A stretch of DNA of 24,000 bases from Methanoculleus sp. SDB (lineage in GTDB: Archaea; Halobacteriota; Methanomicrobia; Methanomicrobiales; Methanomicrobiaceae): the NCBI GenBank assembly GCA_001412355.1, contig LKUD01000033.1, forward strand, positions 39,179 to 63,178, written 5' to 3'. The notes below the pieces were generated by a model. That model did not search any database. It worked only from the letters and a program-made list of their open reading frames with translations, and was not told the DNA's origin. This document shows, one piece after another, positions 10,227 through 18,011 of this stretch. Position numbers and translations under genes: made by a program. Position 1 is the first letter of the stretch; each line of letters starts with the position of its first letter.

Positions 10227-10658
10227 ATGATATGCATGAGAATGATACGAGGATTGCTGCTGGTCTGCATCATGATCTCGATGTTCGCTGCCGCAGGATG
10301 CACGAACGGCGAGGAGACGACACCGGCTGCGACAGGCACTCCGGCGGTGACCGCGACACCCTCCCCGTCGCCCGGGCCGGTATTCGAGAAAAATATAATC
10401 GAATTTGAAAAGCGGTACACTCCCGAAGGCACCTGTTACTGGGAAACCCGGATTGAACTCGTGAACACCGGCACCGGGGCGGCAACGAACGTGAAAGTCC
10501 TCGTATCACTGGTCAACGAGGACTCGGGTGCAACGGCCGATTCAGAGAGCGAATTATTTACCCGGTTCAATGCCGGTGAAAGTAAAAGCTTTGTCAAGCG
10601 GTTGAACGGCGAATGCGATCAGGGATACCGGGTGGAAATCGCCATCGACTCTGATTAG
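10227..10658 (+). CDS. Small secreted lipoprotein of unknown function
   Basis: MIRGLLLVCIMISMFAAAGCTNGEETTPAATGTPAVTATPSPSP: signal peptide, lipobox and Thr/Pro-rich linker, then a FxxLxxD-type beta domain. Exact start (10227 or slightly downstream) uncertain. Confidence 0.65.
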   Translation: MICMRMIRGLLLVCIMISMFAAAGCTNGEETTPAATGTPAVTATPSPSPGPVFEKNIIEFEKRYTPEGTCYWETRIELVNTGTGAATNVKVLVSLVNEDSGATADSESELFTRFNAGESKSFVKRLNGECDQGYRVEIAIDSD

Positions 10659-11173
10659 CTCCGGTCGGGATCCCCGCGGGCATCCGCGGCACACCGGAGC
10701 CGTTTTGCAAGATGTTCGGCATGGGAGCCCATCCAGTAGAGCTTCCGGCAGCGGGGGCACCAGTAAAATTCTTTTCCCTTCTTTTCCTTCGGCGAGTAAG
10801 GCGTATCCGCCACTTCATGGGGCAAGGCCGGCCGGAGAGGCGTGTTGCAGAGCGAACACCGCTGCATCCGGAGGGTCAGAGATTCGGGAAGGATCCTGTT
10901 TCGCATTAACTGCGAGATCTGTTCGATAACGTCCTCGGACTCGATGAGCAGGGCTCCCGGGCCGCCCCGCCGCGCGAGTTCGCGGTCACGGGTTAAGAGA
11001 ATACGTCCGCTTGTCTCCGCAATACCGAGGAGCCGGGTATCCTCGCGCGAATTTCCCCTGCGGATGCTGTTGGCGCTCAGGGTGTCGTACCCGAGAAACC
11101 GGAGATACCGCGTCAGCGTGCCGAGCATCCGGTCGGCAACGAAGCGAACAGGAGGGTTCGTGTCAGCCGACAT
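10655..11173 (-). CDS. Mut7-C RNase-domain protein
   Basis: MSADTNPPVRFVADRMLGTLTRYLRFLGYDTL...ILLTRDRELARR and C-terminal zinc ribbon CSLCNTPLRP...YWCPRCRKLYWMGSH, typical of Mut7-C (DUF82). Confidence 0.85.
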   Translation of the reverse strand: MSADTNPPVRFVADRMLGTLTRYLRFLGYDTLSANSIRRGNSREDTRLLGIAETSGRILLTRDRELARRGGPGALLIESEDVIEQISQLMRNRILPESLTLRMQRCSLCNTPLRPALPHEVADTPYSPKEKKGKEFYWCPRCRKLYWMGSHAEHLAKRLRCAADARGDPDRS

Positions 11174-12197
11174 GCCTGAGGATTGGTATATTCGCCCCGC
11201 ATCCGGCGCAATTCGTCCCGTCAAGCTGCCGGAAATGCACCGAATATCCCGCCCTTTCGATAAGGAGCTCCCCGCAGTCGGGGCAGTACGTGTGCTCGTA
11301 CGGATGGCTGAAGACATTTCCCATATAGACATACCGCATGCCGATCTCCCGGGCGCGATCGCAGATCTTCTCCAGCAGCTTCACCGGAGTGGCGGGACGA
11401 TCCGTCATCTTGTAATCCGGGTGAAATGCCGTGAAATGCATGGGCGTGTCCGGGCCGAGCGTATCATATGTCCACCTGATAAGGGCATCCGTCTCCTCGG
11501 GGGAGTCATTCAGCCCGGGTATCACGAGAGTCACGGTCTCGATATGCATCCCGAGTTCATGCGCACGGACCGTGGCGTCCAGCACCGGCTGGAGGTGCGC
11601 CCCGCAGATTTTCCGGTAAAACGGGTCTGAAAACGCCTTGATATCCACGCGGAACGCATCAAGCATGGGGGAGAGGGAGGTGAGAGCCTCCTCCGTGATG
11701 TATCCGTTCGTTACATAGACCGTCCCGAGACCCCGCTTGCGTGCGAGTGCGCCCATATCGCTCGTATACTCGTGCCAGATCGTGGGCTCGTTATAGGTCC
11801 ACGCGATGCTGGCACAGCCGTTTGCCAGGGCACGTGTCACACCCTCGTCGGGCTGGAGATCACGAAGCGCGAAATCCTCAAACGAGGCTGCCGAGATGTG
11901 CCAGTTCTGGCAGTGGCGGCAGTGAAAATTGCATCCGACGCTTCCGAGGGAATATGACGTGGTTCCCGGCAGATAATGAAACAGGGGTTTTTTTTCGATC
12001 GGATCGATCGCCTCCGCACTGATCTTTCCGTAGGTCGCTGCATAGAGGATTCCCTGCCGGTTCAACCGGACGCCGCAGATTCCGTGCCCTCCCTCCCGGA
12101 TTGTGCACCGGTGGCTGCACAGCGAGCACTGCACCGTCGTTCCTTCGAGAACCGAATACTGCGTTGCCTCATGCATCGAATCGCGGTCAGACGTCAC
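11163..12197 (-). CDS. amrS: AmmeMemoRadiSam system radical SAM enzyme
   Basis: CSLCSHRCTIREGGHGICGVR...GSVGCNFHCRHCQNWHIS (radical SAM CxxxCxxC) and LTPMLDAFRVDIKAF; GTG start overlaps the upstream TGA. Confidence 0.88.
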   Translation of the reverse strand: MTSDRDSMHEATQYSVLEGTTVQCSLCSHRCTIREGGHGICGVRLNRQGILYAATYGKISAEAIDPIEKKPLFHYLPGTTSYSLGSVGCNFHCRHCQNWHISAASFEDFALRDLQPDEGVTRALANGCASIAWTYNEPTIWHEYTSDMGALARKRGLGTVYVTNGYITEEALTSLSPMLDAFRVDIKAFSDPFYRKICGAHLQPVLDATVRAHELGMHIETVTLVIPGLNDSPEETDALIRWTYDTLGPDTPMHFTAFHPDYKMTDRPATPVKLLEKICDRAREIGMRYVYMGNVFSHPYEHTYCPDCGELLIERAGYSVHFRQLDGTNCAGCGANIPILRHVG

Positions 12198-12373
12198 AAC
12201 GAATCCTCCTCATTCTTTCCCTGTGCGTTCGCACCTCTCTCCTCCGTATCGCGATCGTCCTCAACAACGAGAGCCCCCTCGTATCCGCACTGCTTGCACC
12301 GGTAGAGCATGCCGGTGTACCCGCCCGCAACGAGATACATTTCAGTGCTCCCGCACACAGGACAGCAGATCAT
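12194..12373 (-). CDS. Small zinc-ribbon protein, 59 aa, absent from the supplied ORF track
   Basis: Reverse strand from ATG at 12373: MICCPVCGSTEMYLVAGGYTGMLYRCKQCGYEGALVVEDDRDTEERGANAQGKNEEDSL*. CPxCG/CxxCGY ribbon, coupled TTGTGACG junction to amrS. Confidence 0.7.
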   Translation of the reverse strand: MICCPVCGSTEMYLVAGGYTGMLYRCKQCGYEGALVVEDDRDTEERGANAQGKNEEDSL

Positions 12374-12436
12374 ATGAGTGTCTGAATGAAAGCAACCGAC
12401 AAAAAAGTATCTTTCCGGGGTGGTCGCCGCCGCGCC

Positions 12437-14086
12437 TTACGGCGTCTCGAGTTCGCGGAACCGGAAAACCACACGCCAGTCCTGCTGTTCGCGAAGCGTG
12501 ACCTCATCGGCGGCCTCCAGCGCTTCCACGAGCGATCCGATTGTGCGGACCCGTTTGATCTGCAGGCCGATAATCGAGAGATGGCGGACCATATGCGCAT
12601 ATCGTTCGGAATTACGGAGATATTCGCGTTTAATCCTGATTGCGCCAAGTGCGGCCGCCACTGCAGGGAAGATGATCGTCAGCACGGCAAGGAGAGAGGA
12701 CGTGTCACCGTGGCCGACGGCCCAGATATGATCAAGGCCGTAGGCATGCATCGCCGCAAAAACAAGCGTCAGGGTAAAGAGCGTATTTCCTGCCTGCGAC
12801 AGAATTTCATGCCTCTGGCGGTTCCATCCGCTCATCGTCGTATAACTGGAAATCTGGTCGTCGATCCATGCGGAGATGATGAAATTTTTCAGCTCCTCAA
12901 ACGGCGGGGTGAGCTCGCAGTACAGCTGAGGTCGCGTCTCGAGGATCCGCGTGAACGCCGCTTCGATCCAGTCGTTCGGAGTATGGGAAAGCATCGGTTT
13001 CATGGCAGGATCCGGCGTTTCCGCCCGCACGCAGAAGAGCGAGAGGAAAAGAGCAGTCCTGAGCCTTTCGGAGAGGAACCGGTAATCCATCCATTTCCGG
13101 TGCCAGTCACCGAGACGGGACGCAATGAGAAGCACGAGAACCGTACCCATCTCCGCCACTTCGATCCAGAGTAGCTCTAAAAAATCGGGAAAGAAGAGTG
13201 TCTGGATTGCTACAGTCGCAACCGCCGCCGCTGCAAGTGCGTACACGAGCGAGCCGGCACGCATATATCTCCGTTCATACCGCTTCGTCAGGAGAACGGT
13301 GCGGGAAAAATGCGGAAGGAGTGTTTCGGCAAGGGGACGGATAACCACAGGATCCAACCCGAATATTCTGGCTTTTTCGGTAAACCTGCCGTAGATATCC
13401 CTGCACAGGCCTGTGATCTCTCCCCCGCCTACGGTTTCTCCGTTAAAGCTGTTCAGATACTCGAACGATTCGAGGATTCCATCACCATGGCGCTCTTCCA
13501 TGACCTTACCGGTCGTCAGATCGATCCAGAAGAGTGTCCGGCCGACCATGCGGGCATACTTGACCATGTCTGCCGTACCGCCGGGGATGCGGGCAGGTTT
13601 TCCATCCCAGATAGCGACGAGCACATCGCAGTACCGGACGATTGCATGCCCGACCTCTTCACAGGCACCTCTCCTGTCCGTATCTTCCGGCACCATCACT
13701 TCGACGGAGGAAGCCCGGTCCACGAGTGACCGGCACGCTTCACGCGAAGCATGCGTGGAGCATTCGGCGATATACTCGTCGACTTTCATCGGAAGGAAAA
13801 GCCGCAGTTCGGCGTCGCTCGCCATGCCGCGTCCGGGCCAGGCGAGCACCTCTCCGGAAAGGAGCCGATCGCCGCCCTCCGTAAGAGAGGAGATGGCGGC
13901 ATACCGGTGAGGAGTGTCGCGAAGGATCTGATCAAGGCGCTCCAGAACCTGCCGGATCGCCGCTGCCACCTGCTCTTCATCGGCAAGCGTCCGCTGGCCG
14001 GTGACTCCGATCCTGACCGTCGCCGGAACACGGAACCGGTCTTGTGCAGGACCGGATTTTGCGGATGATGTTTTCATTGCCATCAA
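12437..14086 (-). CDS. SLOG-domain protein fused to a multi-TM region (SLATT-like candidate nucleotide-sensing membrane effector)
   Basis: N-terminus RIGVTGQRTL...AISSLTEGGDRLLSGEV...CDVLVAIWDGKPARIPGGTADMVKYAR matches SLOG-superfamily Rossmann motifs. It is followed by two TM hairpins (SLVYALAAAAVATVAIQTLFF / WIEVAEMGTVLVLLIA and NTLFTLTLVFAAMHAYG / LLAVLTIIFPAVAAALGAI). Confidence 0.7.
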   Translation of the reverse strand: MMAMKTSSAKSGPAQDRFRVPATVRIGVTGQRTLADEEQVAAAIRQVLERLDQILRDTPHRYAAISSLTEGGDRLLSGEVLAWPGRGMASDAELRLFLPMKVDEYIAECSTHASREACRSLVDRASSVEVMVPEDTDRRGACEEVGHAIVRYCDVLVAIWDGKPARIPGGTADMVKYARMVGRTLFWIDLTTGKVMEERHGDGILESFEYLNSFNGETVGGGEITGLCRDIYGRFTEKARIFGLDPVVIRPLAETLLPHFSRTVLLTKRYERRYMRAGSLVYALAAAAVATVAIQTLFFPDFLELLWIEVAEMGTVLVLLIASRLGDWHRKWMDYRFLSERLRTALFLSLFCVRAETPDPAMKPMLSHTPNDWIEAAFTRILETRPQLYCELTPPFEELKNFIISAWIDDQISSYTTMSGWNRQRHEILSQAGNTLFTLTLVFAAMHAYGLDHIWAVGHGDTSSLLAVLTIIFPAVAAALGAIRIKREYLRNSERYAHMVRHLSIIGLQIKRVRTIGSLVEALEAADEVTLREQQDWRVVFRFRELETP

Positions 14087-14182
14087 GGGGAAATTCAGCA
14101 GTTCTTATAAGCATATCGTTTTCGAGCACCCGCTTCTCCATCTTATAGACATATATGGAAAGGGTGACAATCACTAGGTGAG

Positions 14183-14887
14183 ATGAAAACCATTGTCCTC
14201 TCCCTCGGCGGATCCGTTCTGGTTCCTTCGCTTGAATCAAACAATATCAGCCGGTATGCTTCGGTATTACGGGAAATTGCACAACGATGCCGGTTATACG
14301 TCGTCATCGGTGGCGGCGGGGAGGCACGCCGGTATATCAGCGTTGCACGTTCCCTCGGGATGGACGAGGCGGGTTCGGACGAGCTCGGCATCCAGATCAC
14401 ACGCCTCAATGCGGCGTTGCTCGCAGGAGCGCTCGGTGATAGCGCATACCCGGCAATTCCGGGCAGCTGCCGGGAGGCCAAACGCTTCGGTGAATCGGGT
14501 AAGATCGTCGTAATGGGAGGGGTTGCGCCGGCCCAGACGACCGATGCCGTTTCCGCCGTTCTCGCCGAATGCGTACACGCCGACGTGCTGGTCAACGCCA
14601 CGTCTGTCGACGGCATATACAGCGCCGATCCGAAGACCAATCCTTCGGCCCGGCGCTACGACGCCCTGACGCCCGAGGAGCTGATTGCCATCGTTGCCGG
14701 TGACCGGCTGCATGCCGGATCCAATGCGGTCATCGACATCGTGGCGGCAAAGGTCATTCAGCGGAGTTCGATCCCGCTCGTGGTGCTCGACGGGAGGGAT
14801 CCGGATACCCTGAAAAACGCACTCCTCGGAGTGACGTTTCGGGGCAGCGTTGTCAATCCCGACAAAAGGAATCCGTTGCCGCTCTGA
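14183..14887 (+). CDS. pyrH: UMP kinase (archaeal type)
   Basis: MKTIVLSLGGSVL...YVVIGGGGEARRYI...GGVAPAQTTDAVSAVLAE...VLVNATSVDGIYSADPKT: amino-acid kinase-family UMP kinase motifs. Confidence 0.92.
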   Translation: MKTIVLSLGGSVLVPSLESNNISRYASVLREIAQRCRLYVVIGGGGEARRYISVARSLGMDEAGSDELGIQITRLNAALLAGALGDSAYPAIPGSCREAKRFGESGKIVVMGGVAPAQTTDAVSAVLAECVHADVLVNATSVDGIYSADPKTNPSARRYDALTPEELIAIVAGDRLHAGSNAVIDIVAAKVIQRSSIPLVVLDGRDPDTLKNALLGVTFRGSVVNPDKRNPLPL

Positions 14888-14899
14888 AAATTCCGGTAA

Positions 14900-14911
14900 C
14901 TATTTTTATGC
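14900..14911 (+). promoter_or_regulatory. Possible archaeal TATA box (CTATTTTTATGC) for tRNA-Pro
   Basis: AT-rich element about 30 nt upstream of the tRNA in an otherwise GC-richer context. Confidence 0.4.
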
Positions 14912-14936
14912 ACCGCATCCACAAATACTAGCACCC

Positions 14937-15011
14937 GGGGCAGTAGGGTAGCCTGGTCCATCCTAGAGCGTTTGGGACGCTTTGACGGCAGTTCGAATCT
15001 GCCCTGCCCCA
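14937..15011 (+). tRNA. tRNA-Pro (anticodon TGG)
   Basis: Acceptor GGGGCAG/CTGCCCC (14937-14943/15004-15010), anticodon arm GAGCG-TTTGGGA-CGCTT with TGG at 14973-14975, T arm GGCAG-TTCGAAT-CTGCC, discriminator A, no encoded CCA. Confidence 0.93.
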
Positions 15012-15016
15012 TTTTC

Positions 15017-15703
15017 ATGCAGCGGTCCGAAGCCTGCACGGTCTATCGCATTCTCCGGGAGTATTATGGTGTCACCCGCTCTTCAGAGCGCCATTTTCTC
15101 GATTTTAAAAACCCGTTCGAGATTCTTGTCATGACCATCCTCTCCGCACAGACGACGGACCGGACGGTTAACGCCGTAAAGGACACGCTGTTTCACCGGT
15201 ACCCGGATCCCGCCGCACTCGCCCGGGCCGATCCCGCCGAGGTGGAACGGATTATCAGGAGCACCGGGTTTTTCCGGGCCAAGGCGAGGAATATCATACG
15301 GGCGGCAGGTATTCTTGAAAGCCGCCATGGCGGAAACGTCCCGTCCTCAATGGACGAACTCCTTCTCCTGCCCGGAGTGGGAAGGAAGACGGCAAATATC
15401 GTGCTCCACCATGCCTATGACATAACCGCGGGAATTGCCGTCGACACCCATGTAAAGCGCGTTTCCACTCGTCTCGGCTTCACCGAAAAAACAGACCCCG
15501 ACGAGATCGAGAAAGACCTCACAGTCCTTTTTCCCAGAAAGGCATGGAGTGAGATCAATTATCTCTTCATCAGGCACGGGCGCAGTATCTGCGATGCAAA
15601 AAAACCGAGGTGCACGGAATGCCCCGTTTCGGGGCACTGCCGGTACTACCTGTCCGGACGGTCAGGGGATGAGGGACGTATACATGAGATAACAGCCCCA
15701 TGA
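15017..15703 (+). CDS. nth: Endonuclease III
   Basis: MTILSAQTTDRTVNAV, LLLLPGVGRKTANIVLHHAY, GIAVDTHVKRVSTRLGF and 4Fe-4S Cys CDAKKPRCTECPVSGHC. Start assigned to MQRSEACTVYRIL at 15017, after the tRNA. Confidence 0.92.
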   Translation: MQRSEACTVYRILREYYGVTRSSERHFLDFKNPFEILVMTILSAQTTDRTVNAVKDTLFHRYPDPAALARADPAEVERIIRSTGFFRAKARNIIRAAGILESRHGGNVPSSMDELLLLPGVGRKTANIVLHHAYDITAGIAVDTHVKRVSTRLGFTEKTDPDEIEKDLTVLFPRKAWSEINYLFIRHGRSICDAKKPRCTECPVSGHCRYYLSGRSGDEGRIHEITAP

Positions 15704-16840
15704 CACCACCGCCGAAGCGGGCAGCGTGATCACCCATGCAGCGACAATTTCACGGACAATCCCCCATTTCACGGCCGAATATCCGCGGGTTGCCCCGACC
15801 CCCATGATCGCCCCGCTCATGGCATGCGTGGTCGAGACCGGGACACCCAGCGCGGTCATCAGCGACAGCACCCCGCCCCCCGCAGTCGAAGCGCAAAATC
15901 CCTGATACGGCCTGATTTTCGTTATCCCCGTTGCCATCTTCTTGACCACCCTCCAGCCGCCGAAGAGCGTGCCGAGTGCGATGGCAAGACAGGAGACCAG
16001 AATTACCCAGAAAGGAACGGAAAAATCGGTGAGAAAACCCCCGGCGACGAGCATTGCCGTAATGACACCCATCGCGTTCTGTGCGTCGTTCGAACCGTGG
16101 CCGATTGCCTGAAAGGATCCCGCGAAAATCTGGAGGGGTTTGAAGGCACGGTTCAGGCGGGCGGGATGGACTTTCCGGAACCATCGCATGATGATAATGC
16201 CGAAAAAGAATGCGGAGAGGAAACCGAGCATTGGGGAGACCACGATAAACACCAGGACGGCGAGGATCCCCTTCACCGTGATAACACCCGGGATGATCAG
16301 CAGCGGCACGATAAGTGACATTCCCGCCAGAAATCCGGTCCCGAGAGTATCCCGGAGCGGGTTTCCCCGGTGAAGATTGAACGCCGTGTATACGGCGGCA
16401 CCCGCCACTCCGCCAATCACCATATACGCGAGCAGCGCCGTGACGGTCCCGATATCGGGCCACAGTATGGAAGCCGCCCCGCCTGCACCGATACCCGCAC
16501 CCACCAGCCCGCCGACGAGCGCATGGCTGCTTGAAACGGGAATCCCGAAATATGACGAGAGAAACACCCAGAGTACGGCACCGATAAGGCCCGTCAGCAG
16601 GAGGTGGGGGGTGAGGAAACCGGGATCGACGATACCCTTTCCGATCGTTGTTGCAATCGCCGTCGAGAAGATAAAAGGCCCGACAAGGTTGAATATCGAG
16701 GCGAGCAGGACGGCACGTAACGGTGAGAGGGCCCGCGTGGCGACGATGGTCGCGATCGAATTAGCCGCATCGTTCAGCCCGTTGACAAAATTGAACAGGA
16801 GGGCGATAAAAATCCCGGCGGCGATGATGACAATCTCCAT
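15662..16840 (-). CDS. pit: PiT-family inorganic phosphate transporter
   Basis: NGLNDAANSIATIVATRALSP and GSNDAQNAMGVITAML, the duplicated PiT signature; 3' end overlaps convergent nth by 42 bp. Confidence 0.93.
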   Translation of the reverse strand: MEIVIIAAGIFIALLFNFVNGLNDAANSIATIVATRALSPLRAVLLASIFNLVGPFIFSTAIATTIGKGIVDPGFLTPHLLLTGLIGAVLWVFLSSYFGIPVSSSHALVGGLVGAGIGAGGAASILWPDIGTVTALLAYMVIGGVAGAAVYTAFNLHRGNPLRDTLGTGFLAGMSLIVPLLIIPGVITVKGILAVLVFIVVSPMLGFLSAFFFGIIIMRWFRKVHPARLNRAFKPLQIFAGSFQAIGHGSNDAQNAMGVITAMLVAGGFLTDFSVPFWVILVSCLAIALGTLFGGWRVVKKMATGITKIRPYQGFCASTAGGGVLSLMTALGVPVSTTHAMSGAIMGVGATRGYSAVKWGIVREIVAAWVITLPASAVVSWGCYLMYTSLIP

Positions 16841-16846
16841 GGCGGT

Positions 16847-17476
16847 TCACGTATGTCTGATTGCGATGTCGGAAAGCACGTTCGCCGCATCTTCGCACTT
16901 GTCCGTCGCCATCTCGAGATTCCCGTAGATGTCCTTGAGCTTGATGATCTGGATGGCGTCATCCGAGTGGAAGAGTTTACGGAGTGCATGGCCCAGCACA
17001 TCGTCCGCGAGGTTTTCGAGGCGGTTGACCTCAATGCATCGTTCTTCAATATTCTTCGCGTTTTTCATGTTGCGAACACTGTTCACGGCACTCTCCAGTT
17101 CGGTTACCGAGAAAAGGATGAGTTTTGCGAGTTCGACCATGTATTCGTCCGATTCCGCGATGTCATAGACGTACATCTGCCTCGCCGTGCCGTCGATATA
17201 ATCCAGAATATCGTCCAGTGCCGAAGCGAGCCGCGAGATCTCCTCGGGTTCGAGCGGCGTGATGAACGTCCGGTTGAGGAGTTCGTAGATTGAGTGGGTG
17301 ATCTGGTCACCTTTGTGCTCAACCTGCTTCATCTTATGGCACTTGTTCTTGATATCCTGATAGTCTTCGACCAGAACGACAAGCTGTTCGGCGGCTATTC
17401 GCACGTTAGCCGCAAGCTCCTCGAAGAGATCGAAAAAAACCTTGTCCTGCGGGACAACCCACTCTTTGATCCCCAC
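16847..17476 (-). CDS. DUF47/PhoU-like phosphate transport accessory protein
   Basis: GIKEWVVPQDKVFFDLFEELAANV...VKQVEHKGDQITHSIYELLNRTFITPLEPEEISRLASALDDILDYID. Likely GTG start at 17476; ORF extends to 17518. Immediately upstream of the PiT gene. Confidence 0.85.
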   Translation of the reverse strand: MGIKEWVVPQDKVFFDLFEELAANVRIAAEQLVVLVEDYQDIKNKCHKMKQVEHKGDQITHSIYELLNRTFITPLEPEEISRLASALDDILDYIDGTARQMYVYDIAESDEYMVELAKLILFSVTELESAVNSVRNMKNAKNIEERCIEVNRLENLADDVLGHALRKLFHSDDAIQIIKLKDIYGNLEMATDKCEDAANVLSDIAIRHT

Positions 17477-17672
17477 AACGCACCACGGTAGGATTGGTGC
17501 GGCAGAGTCATAAACCATGTGTTGTGCCCCAAGGCTGCTCGTAATGCGGTGGACGGCTTCCGTGCAGCATTACAGGAGAAGGTGAAATCAGGCCTGTAAT
17601 GATGCGGACGCGACTGTATGCCGCTTCCGGAGGAGATAGTTATACTCAAGACTTTCTGTAAAATCTAAAATT

Positions 17673-17704
17673 TCAGAATAATCAGAATATTTATATCATT
17701 CTGA
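17673..17704 (+). promoter_or_regulatory. Putative promoter/operator of the abrB-like-hgcA-hgcB unit
   Basis: TCAGAAT at 17673-17679 and 17682-17688, TATA-like TTTATAT at 17690-17696, then ATTCTGA (reverse complement of TCAGAAT) at 17698-17704. First CDS starts at 17731. Confidence 0.5.
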
Positions 17705-17730
17705 CGACATATGATGGTGCAGGAAAATCC

Positions 17731-17991
17731 ATGACAGGAGAAGACATCTCCTGCAGCTGCGCTCCTGAAGCCGGCTGCAGGATTGAGGCGGTGCTCACCG
17801 TCGACGACCGGGGGCAGATGGTGCTCCCGAAGGATATCCGCGAACGGGCGGCAATCCGCCCCGGCGAGAAGCTCGCGCTGATTGCATGGGAGAAAGACGG
17901 GAGCGTCTGCTGCCTCGCCCTGATCAAGGCCGATAACCTGAGCGGTATGGTCCGGGATGTGCTTGGCCCGCTGATGAATGCGGTGGAGTGA
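17731..17991 (+). CDS. AbrB/MazE/SpoVT-like DNA-binding protein, HgcAB-associated type
   Basis: MTGEDISCSCAPEAGCRIEAVLTVDDRGQMVLPKDIRERAAIRPGEKLALIAWEKDG: swapped-hairpin AbrB motif; directly upstream of hgcA. Confidence 0.82.
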   Translation: MTGEDISCSCAPEAGCRIEAVLTVDDRGQMVLPKDIRERAAIRPGEKLALIAWEKDGSVCCLALIKADNLSGMVRDVLGPLMNAVE

Positions 17992-18011
17992 TTCCACCGG
18001 AGGACGGGAGC

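Noticed and set aside
13310-13729. 139-aa plus-strand ORF
   Set aside because: Antisense shadow of the SLOG-TM gene, whose motifs strongly support the minus strand.
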